Shown here piece by piece: positions 8,951 through 17,108 of a stretch of 64,000 nucleotides of DNA. Every line of letters starts with the position of its first letter. Position 1 is the first letter of the stretch. Position numbers and translations under genes: made by a program. The DNA comes from Ferrovibrio sp. (GTDB taxonomy: Bacteria; Pseudomonadota; Alphaproteobacteria; Ferrovibrionales; Ferrovibrionaceae), in the NCBI RefSeq assembly GCF_041906005.1, contig NZ_JAYRJY010000003.1, positions 3,724 through 67,723 of the forward strand. Reading direction: 5' to 3'. The notes below the pieces were generated by a model. It was given only the letters and a program-made list of their open reading frames with translations, was not told the origin of the DNA and ran no database searches.

Positions 8951-9675
8951 AACGCATCCTGATCATCGTTCCGGAACTGGTGGCCCCGCCGGGTATTCTC
9001 GGCCAGGCGCTGATCGCACAGGGTGTCCATTATGACGCCGTCTTCCCGGTGGCCCGCTTTGCCACCTATTCCCCGATGGACTATCCCGGCTTGCCACAGG
9101 GTCCCGCCAATTATGCCGGTCTGATCGTGCTGGGCGGGCCGATGAGCGCCAAGGATGAGCATCTCTATCCCTTCCTCACCGAGACCATGGCCCTGATACG
9201 GGCCTTCACAGCGGTGGAACGGCCGGTGCTGGGCGTGTGCCTGGGCGCCCAGATCATCGCCCATGCCTTCGGTGGCGAGATCTATCGCATGGGAAAACTG
9301 GAATCCGGTTTCTATCAATTGGCGCTGACGCCGGAAGGACGCAGCGACCCGCTGTTCCGGGACTTTGCCGAGCCGGTAACGGTCTTTGAAAACCATTACG
9401 AAGCGACACGCAACACACCGGGCGCTGTACCGCTGATGACCGGCGGCGCCTGTCCTATCCAGGCTTTCCGCGTCGGCGCCAAGACTTATGGCGTGCAATT
9501 CCATGTCGAGGTCACGATCGACATCGTGCGCGATTGGATCCGGATGTTCGGCGCGGATTTCTGCCGGGATGAGCCAAGATTGCTGACCGATCTCGACCGC
9601 CAGTTCGAGATCCATTTCGGCGACTATGTTCGCGCCTGCGATACGCTCACGCGGAATTGGTTGGCGTTAAGCTGA
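8947..9675 (+). CDS. Class I glutamine amidotransferase-like hydrolase
   Basis: LIVLGGP, GVCLGAQ (Cys) and QFHVE (His-Glu); ATGA-coupled to the upstream gene. The track's start at 8515 is an upstream extension. Confidence 0.9.
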   Translation: MKRILIIVPELVAPPGILGQALIAQGVHYDAVFPVARFATYSPMDYPGLPQGPANYAGLIVLGGPMSAKDEHLYPFLTETMALIRAFTAVERPVLGVCLGAQIIAHAFGGEIYRMGKLESGFYQLALTPEGRSDPLFRDFAEPVTVFENHYEATRNTPGAVPLMTGGACPIQAFRVGAKTYGVQFHVEVTIDIVRDWIRMFGADFCRDEPRLLTDLDRQFEIHFGDYVRACDTLTRNWLALS

Positions 9676-9711
9676 GGCCAGCGCCGACACTGAGGGCCGC
9701 CGGCAATCAAG

Positions 9712-9767
9712 GCTGTCAAGATTAACAGCCTAAATGTCAAGACCGGGTGGTAGGGGCGCCCTATCGT
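9712..9767 (+). promoter_or_regulatory. AraC-type tandem site plus -10 element for the ABC/SDR operon
   Basis: TGTCAA 9714-9719, TGTCAA 9735-9740 and TATCGT 9762-9767. Confidence 0.7.
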
Positions 9768-9928
9768 CCCTAGCGTGACCGACTTTAAGACGACTTGCGG
9801 CAAGCAAGCGACAGAATGAGCACACCACATTCGATGGAGTCCGGCCGGGTTTTGCGGACCGGTGCTCCAGCTTGGTCAACAGGGAAGCGGCACCGGCAAC
9901 AATCGACCGGGCCAACGGAGAGGGACAG

Positions 9929-11092
9929 ATGAGCAGCTTCAAGCAGTCACGTCGCAACTTCATGCAGAATTCGGCCCTGATGGCCGCGGCCTTTGCCACC
10001 AGCGGCGTAGCGGGCCTGCGCTCGGCCTATGCCGATCGCTCCAAGGAACTCAATATCCTGTGTTGGGAAGGCTATAACTCGGCGCAAGTCTTGGATCCAT
10101 TCCGCGAATCCAACGGCGCCACGGTGAAGGCGGAATCGCTCACCAACGACCCCACCATGATCAACCGCCTGCGTGCCGGCGAAACCAATGTCTGGGACCT
10201 GATCAACGTCAACAATCCCTGGGCACGCAAGATCATGTTTCCGGAGAAGCTGATCCAGCCGCTCGACCGGGCCAAAATGGAACCCTATTTCGAGAAGATG
10301 GCCCCCGCCTTCAAGCCGCCCTATGCGTGGGCCATGGACGAAAGTGGCAGCCAGCTCATCGGCATGGCACAGCGCTACGGTCCCTACAGCTTCGTCGTCA
10401 ACACCGACAAAGTGAGCCGCGCCACCGCCGAGGATCAGGGCTGGGATCTGTGGAACGACGCGGGCAATGCCGGCAAGTACGGCGTGCTTGAATCCGATGA
10501 TTGGAACGTCTTCAACCTGTGCTGCATCGCCGGCTTCGATCCCTTCAAGGAGCATACGCCGGAGGAAATCGCCAAGTTCACGGAAACCGCCAAGCGCGTC
10601 TTCAAGGGCGCCAAGGTGGTGGGCGACATCGCGACCATGAACCAGGCCCTTGTCTCGGGCGAGATCGATTTCCACATGACCGGCGGTACCTACTCCGCCT
10701 CGCCAGCCCGCGCCGATGGCGCCGGCAATATCCGCGCCATCACGCCGAAAAAGGGGCCGCTCGCTGGCGGCAAGGGCGGCATTTCCTGGATCGAGATCAC
10801 CTCGGTGGTCAACAATCCAGACGTCTCGCCGCTTGCCGTGCAGTTCCTGGAATATGTCCAAGACCCGAAAGTCGCCCATACGGTCGCTTTCGCCGAGGGC
10901 ACGTTCAACCCGGTGGCCCAGATGGGCAATCCGGATTGCTTCAGTCTCTTCACCAAGGAAGAACTCGATGCGATCCAGTATGACAGCCTGGAAGAGGAAA
11001 TGGCGCGTTCGGTCGAATACGACATTGTGCCGGACTACGACAAGCTGCTCGACATCATGACCGCTGCCAAGCGCGAAGCTTCGGGCGGCTGA
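9929..11092 (+). CDS. PotD/PotF-family ABC substrate-binding protein with Tat signal
   Basis: SRRNFM twin-arginine motif, AYA cleavage site, LNILCWEGY and YGPYSFVVNTD; SD GGAGAGGG before ATG 9929. Confidence 0.85.
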   Translation: MSSFKQSRRNFMQNSALMAAAFATSGVAGLRSAYADRSKELNILCWEGYNSAQVLDPFRESNGATVKAESLTNDPTMINRLRAGETNVWDLINVNNPWARKIMFPEKLIQPLDRAKMEPYFEKMAPAFKPPYAWAMDESGSQLIGMAQRYGPYSFVVNTDKVSRATAEDQGWDLWNDAGNAGKYGVLESDDWNVFNLCCIAGFDPFKEHTPEEIAKFTETAKRVFKGAKVVGDIATMNQALVSGEIDFHMTGGTYSASPARADGAGNIRAITPKKGPLAGGKGGISWIEITSVVNNPDVSPLAVQFLEYVQDPKVAHTVAFAEGTFNPVAQMGNPDCFSLFTKEELDAIQYDSLEEEMARSVEYDIVPDYDKLLDIMTAAKREASGG

Positions 11093-11119
11093 TCAATCGG
11101 CTGCTGCCACCACGACGTC

Positions 11120-11151
11120 GGATCGCCCGGTGCGTAGATGCCGGGCGATCC
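11120..11151 (+). terminator. Stem-loop after the SBP gene (terminator or mRNA-stabilising hairpin)
   Basis: GGATCGCCCGG / CCGGGCGATCC, 11-bp perfect stem. Confidence 0.6.
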
Positions 11152-11198
11152 CGTCTTGATCCCCCTCCATTTCATCACGATCCGGATTCCCAAGGACC

Positions 11199-12266
11199 AT
11201 GAACGGCCGATCGCCCATTCTGCAATTGCGCAATCTGACCAAGACCTTCGGCAACTTCACGGCCGTCAAAGGAATCAGCCTCGACATCTCCGAGGGCGAA
11301 TTCTTCACCATCGTCGGCCCGTCGGGCAGCGGCAAGACAACCTTGCTGCGCATGCTGACGGGCATGGAAAGCGCCACGGGCGGCGACATCTTGCTGCGAG
11401 GCGCCCGCATCAACGATCTGCCCGCCAACAAGCGGCCGACCTGCATGGTGTTCCAGTCGCTGGCCCTCTTCCCACATCGTACCGTCGGGCAGAACATCGA
11501 ATTTTCCCAGAAGATCAAGGGCGTGGCACCCGATAAGCGCAAGACGCGGGCCCTGCAGCTGATGGCGCAGCTGCGCTTGCCGGAAAACTACTACGACAAG
11601 AGTGTCACCAAATGCTCTGGCGGCGAGAGGCAGCGCGTGGCGCTCGCCCGGGCGCTGGCCTATGACCCGGACATCCTGTTCTTCGACGAGCCGTTGTCGG
11701 CCATCGATTACAAGCTGCGGAAAACACTGGAAAAAGAACTCAAGGACATTCACCGCGAAACCGGCAAGACCTTCATCTACATCACCCACAGCCTGGAAGA
11801 GGCGATGGTGATGAGCGACCGCATCGGCGTCATGCGCACGGGGCAATTGGTCCAGGTCGGTTCGCCACAGCAGATCTACAGCGCGCCGGAAACCAAGTTC
11901 GTCTCCGAATTCATCGGGGATGTGAACGTCATGGCCGTAACAGCAAACGGTGCCAGCGGCGTCCATGCTGCGGAGTTCGACGTGGATTTCGTGAGCCAGA
12001 CTGTGCCGGCGGGCTTCACCAATGGGCATCTGGTGGTGCGTCCGGAATCGTTGCGCTTCCTGAGCCATCGGGCCGAGGCGCAGAACTGCCTGGAAGGTCG
12101 CCTCTATAATGAATATGTGCTGGGTTCGCGCATCCAATACCAGGTGCGCGTGGGCGAGCATGTCTTCATCGTCGAAAAACTGCGCCAGCAGCAATTCGGC
12201 GGCAAGCTCGACGACCAGGTCCTCATCGGCTGGGATGCCAAGGACGGCATCCTGGTAACGGATTGA
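11199..12266 (+). CDS. PotA-type ABC ATPase
   Basis: GPSGSGKTT, CSGGERQRVALARA, LFFDEP and TOBE-like C-terminus. Confidence 0.92.
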   Translation: MNGRSPILQLRNLTKTFGNFTAVKGISLDISEGEFFTIVGPSGSGKTTLLRMLTGMESATGGDILLRGARINDLPANKRPTCMVFQSLALFPHRTVGQNIEFSQKIKGVAPDKRKTRALQLMAQLRLPENYYDKSVTKCSGGERQRVALARALAYDPDILFFDEPLSAIDYKLRKTLEKELKDIHRETGKTFIYITHSLEEAMVMSDRIGVMRTGQLVQVGSPQQIYSAPETKFVSEFIGDVNVMAVTANGASGVHAAEFDVDFVSQTVPAGFTNGHLVVRPESLRFLSHRAEAQNCLEGRLYNEYVLGSRIQYQVRVGEHVFIVEKLRQQQFGGKLDDQVLIGWDAKDGILVTD

Positions 12267-12279
12267 GCGGGGCCTCGCC

Positions 12280-13134
12280 ATGACCCTGCTCAAGATTTTC
12301 GGACCGGGTACGCGACATGCTCTGCCGCTGATCCTCTTCCTGCTTATCGGCTTTGCCGCGCCCCTGGCGGCCGTCATCGGCTTCAGTTTCACGCCGGCAC
12401 GAACCTTCTCGATCTGGCAAAGCTGGAGCCTCGACAATTATATCGAGATATTCAATTCGACGAGCTATCTCTCCTTCCTTTGGTCGCTGGGCCTCGCCGC
12501 TGTCACGGTACTGATCCTGGCCCTCATCTGCTATCCGATCGCCTATGGCCTGGCGCGCGTCTTCGGCAAATATTCGACGCTGGTGACGCTGCTCTTCACC
12601 ATTCCGCTGTTCGTCTCGGAAAATGTCCGTCTCTACGGCTGGGTCCTGTTCTTTATCAAGAACGGCGTGCTGCTGGGCACGCTCAAGGCTTGGTTCGGCA
12701 TCGAACCGGATAGCTGGCTTTTCACCAGCGGCATCATCGTTTTCGGCATGGTCTATGTCTATCTGCCGTTCATGCTGTTCCCGATGACGCTCGGCGTCTC
12801 GATGGTGCCGGACCAGACGCGGGACGCCGCCTTCGATCTGGGCGCTACGCGCTGGCAGGTGTTCAAAGAGGTGGAACTGCCGCTTTCCATGCCGGGCATC
12901 ATGATCGGCTTCCTGCTGTCCTTCGTGCTGGCGGTGGGCGCCATCGCCGAAGCCAAGGTACTGGGCGGGCAGCAAATCATACCGATCAGCCATGATATCG
13001 AGATCGCCTTCACCTATGCGCAGAACTGGCCGCTGGGCGCCGCCCTTGCCGTGCTGCTGATGCTGGTGGTGGGCAGCATGGTGCTGTTCGTGCTGCGCCG
13101 CTTCGATCTCGATGCCATTCTGGGGCGGAGATAG
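12280..13134 (+). CDS. PotB-type ABC permease
   Basis: Hydrophobic helices; YVYLPFM and DAAFDLGATRWQVF EAA-loop. Confidence 0.9.
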   Translation: MTLLKIFGPGTRHALPLILFLLIGFAAPLAAVIGFSFTPARTFSIWQSWSLDNYIEIFNSTSYLSFLWSLGLAAVTVLILALICYPIAYGLARVFGKYSTLVTLLFTIPLFVSENVRLYGWVLFFIKNGVLLGTLKAWFGIEPDSWLFTSGIIVFGMVYVYLPFMLFPMTLGVSMVPDQTRDAAFDLGATRWQVFKEVELPLSMPGIMIGFLLSFVLAVGAIAEAKVLGGQQIIPISHDIEIAFTYAQNWPLGAALAVLLMLVVGSMVLFVLRRFDLDAILGRR

Positions 13135-13137
13135 GCG

Positions 13138-13956
13138 ATGGATGGTCTTACCCCCCGCTGGCGGACGTCGCTGATCTGGGCCTGGACGGCGGCGATCGTC
13201 GTCTTCATGTATCTGCCGGGGCTCTGCCTGTTGCTCGCCTCCCTTACATCAAGCCGCTATTTCATCTTCCCCATCAACAAATGGGGTGTCGCTTGGTGGC
13301 AGAAGACTTTCGACTCGCTGGAAATTCATCAGCTTTTCAAGACCTCGATCTCGATTGCGCTGTGCGTCACGGTGATTGCCGTCGTGATCGCGCTCTTCGG
13401 GGCGCTGGCCTTTGCGCGCTATGACTGGAAGGGCCGGTCGATCTATCAGAAAATCGTGTTGCTGCCGATCTTCTTCCCGCAATCGGTCTTGGGGCTGGCG
13501 CTGCTGCTCTGGTTCAACGCCTTGGGCCTCACCATGTCGTGGCAGACGGCGGTCTTTGCGCATCTCGTCTGGATCATCCCCGTCTGCACGCTGGTCATCT
13601 CGATTCAGGTCTATTCCTTCGATCCGGCCTTGGAAGAAGCGGCTTTCGATCTCGGCGCCACGCGCTGGCAGGTGTTCCGCGAAGTGACCTTGCCGGTGCT
13701 GTTCCCCGGCATCTTCTCGGGTGCCCTCTTCGCGTTCCTTCTGAGTTGGGGCAATTTCCCGCTGTCGCTTTACACGACCGGCGCCGACACAACGATTCCG
13801 GAATATCTCTACGCGAAGATGGTTGCCGGCTATACCCCGGGCGTGCCGGTGCTCGGTACCGTTTCGACCTTCGGTGCGGCGACCCTGCTGCTCGCCGGCT
13901 ATGCCATCATCCTGATCCTGCGCCGGCGCCGCGCCAGCGCGCCGTCCGAGACCTGA
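13138..13956 (+). CDS. PotC-type ABC permease
   Basis: EEAAFDLGATRWQVFREVTLP and TIPEYLY. Confidence 0.9.
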   Translation: MDGLTPRWRTSLIWAWTAAIVVFMYLPGLCLLLASLTSSRYFIFPINKWGVAWWQKTFDSLEIHQLFKTSISIALCVTVIAVVIALFGALAFARYDWKGRSIYQKIVLLPIFFPQSVLGLALLLWFNALGLTMSWQTAVFAHLVWIIPVCTLVISIQVYSFDPALEEAAFDLGATRWQVFREVTLPVLFPGIFSGALFAFLLSWGNFPLSLYTTGADTTIPEYLYAKMVAGYTPGVPVLGTVSTFGAATLLLAGYAIILILRRRRASAPSET

Positions 13957-13978
13957 GAGAAAGCGGAGGAAACACGCC

Positions 13979-14761
13979 ATGTTGGGGCAATCAATCCAGG
14001 GGAAATCCGTCATCGTCACCGGCGCCAGCAAGGGCATCGGCAAGGGCATCGCCCGCGTCTTCGCGCGCCACGGTGCCAAGGTGCTGGTGGTGGGACGCGA
14101 CCTCAAATCGGCGGAAGCAACGGCGAAGGATTTCGTCGATTCCGGCTGGACGGCAAGTGGCTTTTCCGCCGACGTTACCAAGCTTGCCGACATGGAGAAG
14201 ATGGCCAAGACAGCAGCGGATCGTTACGGCGGCGTCGATGTGCTCTGCGCCAATGCCGGCGTTTTCCCGCAGGTGAAGATCGAGGATATGTCCCCGGAGA
14301 CCTGGGATGAGGTGCAGGCAACCAATCTCAAGGGCACGTTTCTTTCCGTGAAGGCCTGTATCCCCTACCTCAAGAAATCGGGCGAGGGACGCATCGTCAT
14401 CACCTCTTCTATCACCGGGCCGGTCACCGGCTTTCCCGGCTGGACCCATTACGGCGCTACCAAGGCCGGGCAATTGGGCTTCATGCGCACGGCCTGCATG
14501 GAAGTCGCCAAATATGGGATCACGGTCAATGCCGTGCTGCCGGGCAATGTGATGACCGAAGGCCTCATCGAGCTTGGCGAGGATTATGTGAAGGGCATGG
14601 CCGCGGCCGTGCCGATGGGCAAGCTTGGCAATGTCGAGGATATCGGCCATGCCGCCCTCTTCCTCGCCTCGCGCGAGGCCGGCTACATCACCGGGCAAAC
14701 GATCATCGTCGATGGCGGCCAGATCCTGCCCGAGAGCCAGGACGCGCTGTCGCAGATGTAA
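13979..14761 (+). CDS. SDR oxidoreductase, amino-alcohol (1-amino-2-propanol/aminoacetone) dehydrogenase-like
   Basis: TGASKGIG, NAG and YGATK. The SSITGP-TG-PGW-HYG, VLPGN-TEGL and DGGQILPES segments match my recollection of the RMM aminopropanol dehydrogenase. Confidence 0.75.
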   Translation: MLGQSIQGKSVIVTGASKGIGKGIARVFARHGAKVLVVGRDLKSAEATAKDFVDSGWTASGFSADVTKLADMEKMAKTAADRYGGVDVLCANAGVFPQVKIEDMSPETWDEVQATNLKGTFLSVKACIPYLKKSGEGRIVITSSITGPVTGFPGWTHYGATKAGQLGFMRTACMEVAKYGITVNAVLPGNVMTEGLIELGEDYVKGMAAAVPMGKLGNVEDIGHAALFLASREAGYITGQTIIVDGGQILPESQDALSQM

Positions 14762-14764
14762 AGG

Positions 14765-15832
14765 TCAGTGCCCCTGCTTCCGATAGGCGCGCGGGCTGAC
14801 ACCCGTCCAGCGGGTGAAGGCGCGGGTGAAGGCGGAGAGCTCCGAATAGCCGAGCAGCAGGGCGATCTCGGTCAGCGGTAGCTGGCGCTGATCGAGATAC
14901 ATCTGGGCAAGGCTCTGCCGTGTCGTTTCGACCGCATCCTTATAGGTGAGCCCCTGTTCAGCGAGTTCCCGCTGCACCACAGCGGCCGGCACGCGCAGGG
15001 AATGAGCGATCTGATCGAGGCTGGGGTAGCCGCCGGGCAGGCTCACGCGGATCGCCGTCTTGACCCGGTCGACCATACCGTCGGTCCCCTGCCGATGCGA
15101 ACCCAGAGATTCGAGGCAGGTCTGCATCATGGTCAGAAGCTGCAAATCGCGGCCCGGCATCGACCGCTCGAGGAGTTCGGGACGGAACAGCAGCGCATTG
15201 GTCGGCTGGCTGAAATAGACCGGCGCATCGAAGGCCGCCTCGTGCTCCTTCCAGAATTCCGGGCGCGGATGCTCGAAATGCACCTCGACCGGCGTCCATT
15301 TCGACCCGCAGCAATCGCGGATGACATTGGCGAACATGCCGAGCGAGAGTTCCGCATCCTGCCGGCGCTCGACGATTTCCGAGGAAAAGATCTGGTATTC
15401 GAGCCGCATCAGCCCGTCGGTGCCCTTCACCAGCTGCATCCCTGAGGATTCCTGGTGGTAGTGGAAAAGCCGCACCAGATTTTCGAGAGCCGCCCCCAGA
15501 TTTGGGGATGAGATCGCTGCATAGCCCCACATGCCGAGGTCGCGCGGCTGGAATTGCTGGCCGAAATGCAGACCGAAATTGCCCGGGCTGAACTTGTCGC
15601 CCTGGATCTGCTTGGCCGCTTGCTCGAAGAGGCGGCAATAAGAAGCGAGTTTTAGTTTCAGGGTGGGCGATCCGGCCATATCCGGTGCAATGCCGGAATT
15701 GCCGAAGATCGAATCCACATCACCGCGCTGACGCTCGATGAAGTCCACCAAGCCGGTGGCAGCCGCGGCAAGGACGATCGGTGCCCCGCTTTCGCGCGTC
15801 TCGGTCTTGTGATCCAGCAAAGCGGCAGCCAT
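14765..15832 (-). CDS. AraC family activator 2, paralog of 3847-4905
   Basis: Same C-terminal signature and shared GQQF-PRDLGMWGYA and RRQDAELSLG blocks; start moved to ATG 15832. Confidence 0.9.
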   Translation of the reverse strand: MAAALLDHKTETRESGAPIVLAAAATGLVDFIERQRGDVDSIFGNSGIAPDMAGSPTLKLKLASYCRLFEQAAKQIQGDKFSPGNFGLHFGQQFQPRDLGMWGYAAISSPNLGAALENLVRLFHYHQESSGMQLVKGTDGLMRLEYQIFSSEIVERRQDAELSLGMFANVIRDCCGSKWTPVEVHFEHPRPEFWKEHEAAFDAPVYFSQPTNALLFRPELLERSMPGRDLQLLTMMQTCLESLGSHRQGTDGMVDRVKTAIRVSLPGGYPSLDQIAHSLRVPAAVVQRELAEQGLTYKDAVETTRQSLAQMYLDQRQLPLTEIALLLGYSELSAFTRAFTRWTGVSPRAYRKQGH

Positions 15833-15877
15833 CGGAAATCCCCGGCTAAACGTCACGCACCAGACTGTGGATGCTTG

Positions 15878-15907
15878 ATGATGGCATGGCGCATGGCGCG
15901 GCTTCAA
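15878..15907 (-). promoter_or_regulatory. Putative sigma70 promoter of AraC2
   Basis: Minus strand TTGAAG-N18-CATCAT, same block as at 4949. Confidence 0.4.
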
Positions 15908-15924
15908 GGGTGCAAAGCTGATCA

Positions 15925-15981
15925 GCTGTCAAGATCGCCCCGTCACGGGTCAAGCGAGGCTTGGCGCCCGCACCCTAGCCT
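15925..15981 (+). promoter_or_regulatory. AraC-type tandem site plus -10 element for the microcompartment operon
   Basis: TGTCAA 15927-15932, GGTCAA 15948-15953 and TAGCCT 15976-15981. Confidence 0.7.
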
Positions 15982-16085
15982 GCACTTGGATGGAAATGCG
16001 CCTGCCGCCGTCAAGCGGCATGCCCGGACTTTAGTTAACGATCCTGGGTGAAGAGCCTGACCACCATCTGGGAGCAGGGAAATAA

Positions 16086-17084
16086 ATGAGCGGCATGCTC
16101 ACGACAGAACAATTGTTGCGCGCGATCGATGAGCTGGCTGCTGCCGCCTTGCCCCGCTGGGGGTTGGCTGGCGCCGAGCTGAAGCTGATCAATCATTCGG
16201 AAAATTGGACCTATCGCGTGACGCCCCGGGGCACCGCGCGTCCGGTCATCCTGCGCGTGCATCGGGAAGGCTATCACAGCGTCGACGGCATCCGCAGCGA
16301 GCTTGCCTGGATGCGCGCCCTGCAATCGCAAGCGGGTGTGAAGACGCCACAGGCCATTCCCGGCACCGACGGCGCCGATATCCAGACCGTGGCGCATCCG
16401 GCCCTCGCCACGCCGCGCAATTGCGTGCTGTTCGAATTCATCGACGGGACCGAGCCGCCGCAGGACAATCTCATTCCGCCTTTCCGTCAATTGGGCGAGG
16501 TAACGGCGCGCTGCCACAATCACAGCGAAACCTGGACGCGCCCCCCCTATTTCGAGCGCCTTTCCTGGGACTTTGAACATTCCCTGGGGAAGACCGCCAA
16601 TTGGGGTGCCTGGCAGGACGGGCCGGATTGCACGCCGGACCGCGCCCGGCTGTTGCAGCGCGCGGTCGATCTGATGGAGAAGCGGCTGACGGCTTTCGGA
16701 CAGGCCCGGAACCGTTACGGCCTCATCCATGCCGATTTCCGCCTCGCCAACCTGCTTGTTCACAATGGCGATGTGCGCGTCATCGATTTCGACGATTGCG
16801 GCCTCGGCTGGTTTCTCTATGACGCAGCAAGCGCGGTGAGTTTCTTCGAGGACCGCGCCGATGTGCCGGAACTGATGGAAGCCTGGAAGGAAGGCTATCG
16901 CCGCCAGCGCGCGCTGCCGAAGACGGACGATGACGAATTGTGGACCTTCATCCTGCTGCGTCGCATGACGCTCTTTGCCTGGATGGGGAGCCATGCCGAA
17001 ACGGATCTCGCCCGCACCGAGGGCCCCGGTTACAGCACCGGCACCTGCGAACTCGCTGAACGTTATCTGAGCCAATACAGCTGA
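16086..17084 (+). CDS. APH/choline-kinase-fold phosphotransferase, aminopropanol kinase-like
   Basis: SENWTY, ILRVHR, HADFRLANLL (HxDxxxxN) and VIDFDD; microcompartment context. Confidence 0.8.
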   Translation: MSGMLTTEQLLRAIDELAAAALPRWGLAGAELKLINHSENWTYRVTPRGTARPVILRVHREGYHSVDGIRSELAWMRALQSQAGVKTPQAIPGTDGADIQTVAHPALATPRNCVLFEFIDGTEPPQDNLIPPFRQLGEVTARCHNHSETWTRPPYFERLSWDFEHSLGKTANWGAWQDGPDCTPDRARLLQRAVDLMEKRLTAFGQARNRYGLIHADFRLANLLVHNGDVRVIDFDDCGLGWFLYDAASAVSFFEDRADVPELMEAWKEGYRRQRALPKTDDDELWTFILLRRMTLFAWMGSHAETDLARTEGPGYSTGTCELAERYLSQYS

Positions 17085-17108
17085 ACCCCGACGGGTCAGG
17101 AGTTACCG

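Noticed and set aside
9768-9928. 160-nt leader of the ABC operon as a riboswitch
   Set aside because: Only weak GC pairing and no recognisable aptamer consensus or terminator.
16086-16160. N-terminal helix of the kinase as an encapsulation peptide
   Set aside because: It is amphipathic but not separated by a linker, and may be part of the kinase fold; not supportable without alignment.
16086-17084. Kinase supplying aminopropanol phosphate for cobalamin synthesis
   Set aside because: No cob/cbi genes in the window. B12 uses the (R) isomer, whereas the characterised RMM kinase acts on (S), and the adjacent PLP enzyme points to catabolism.
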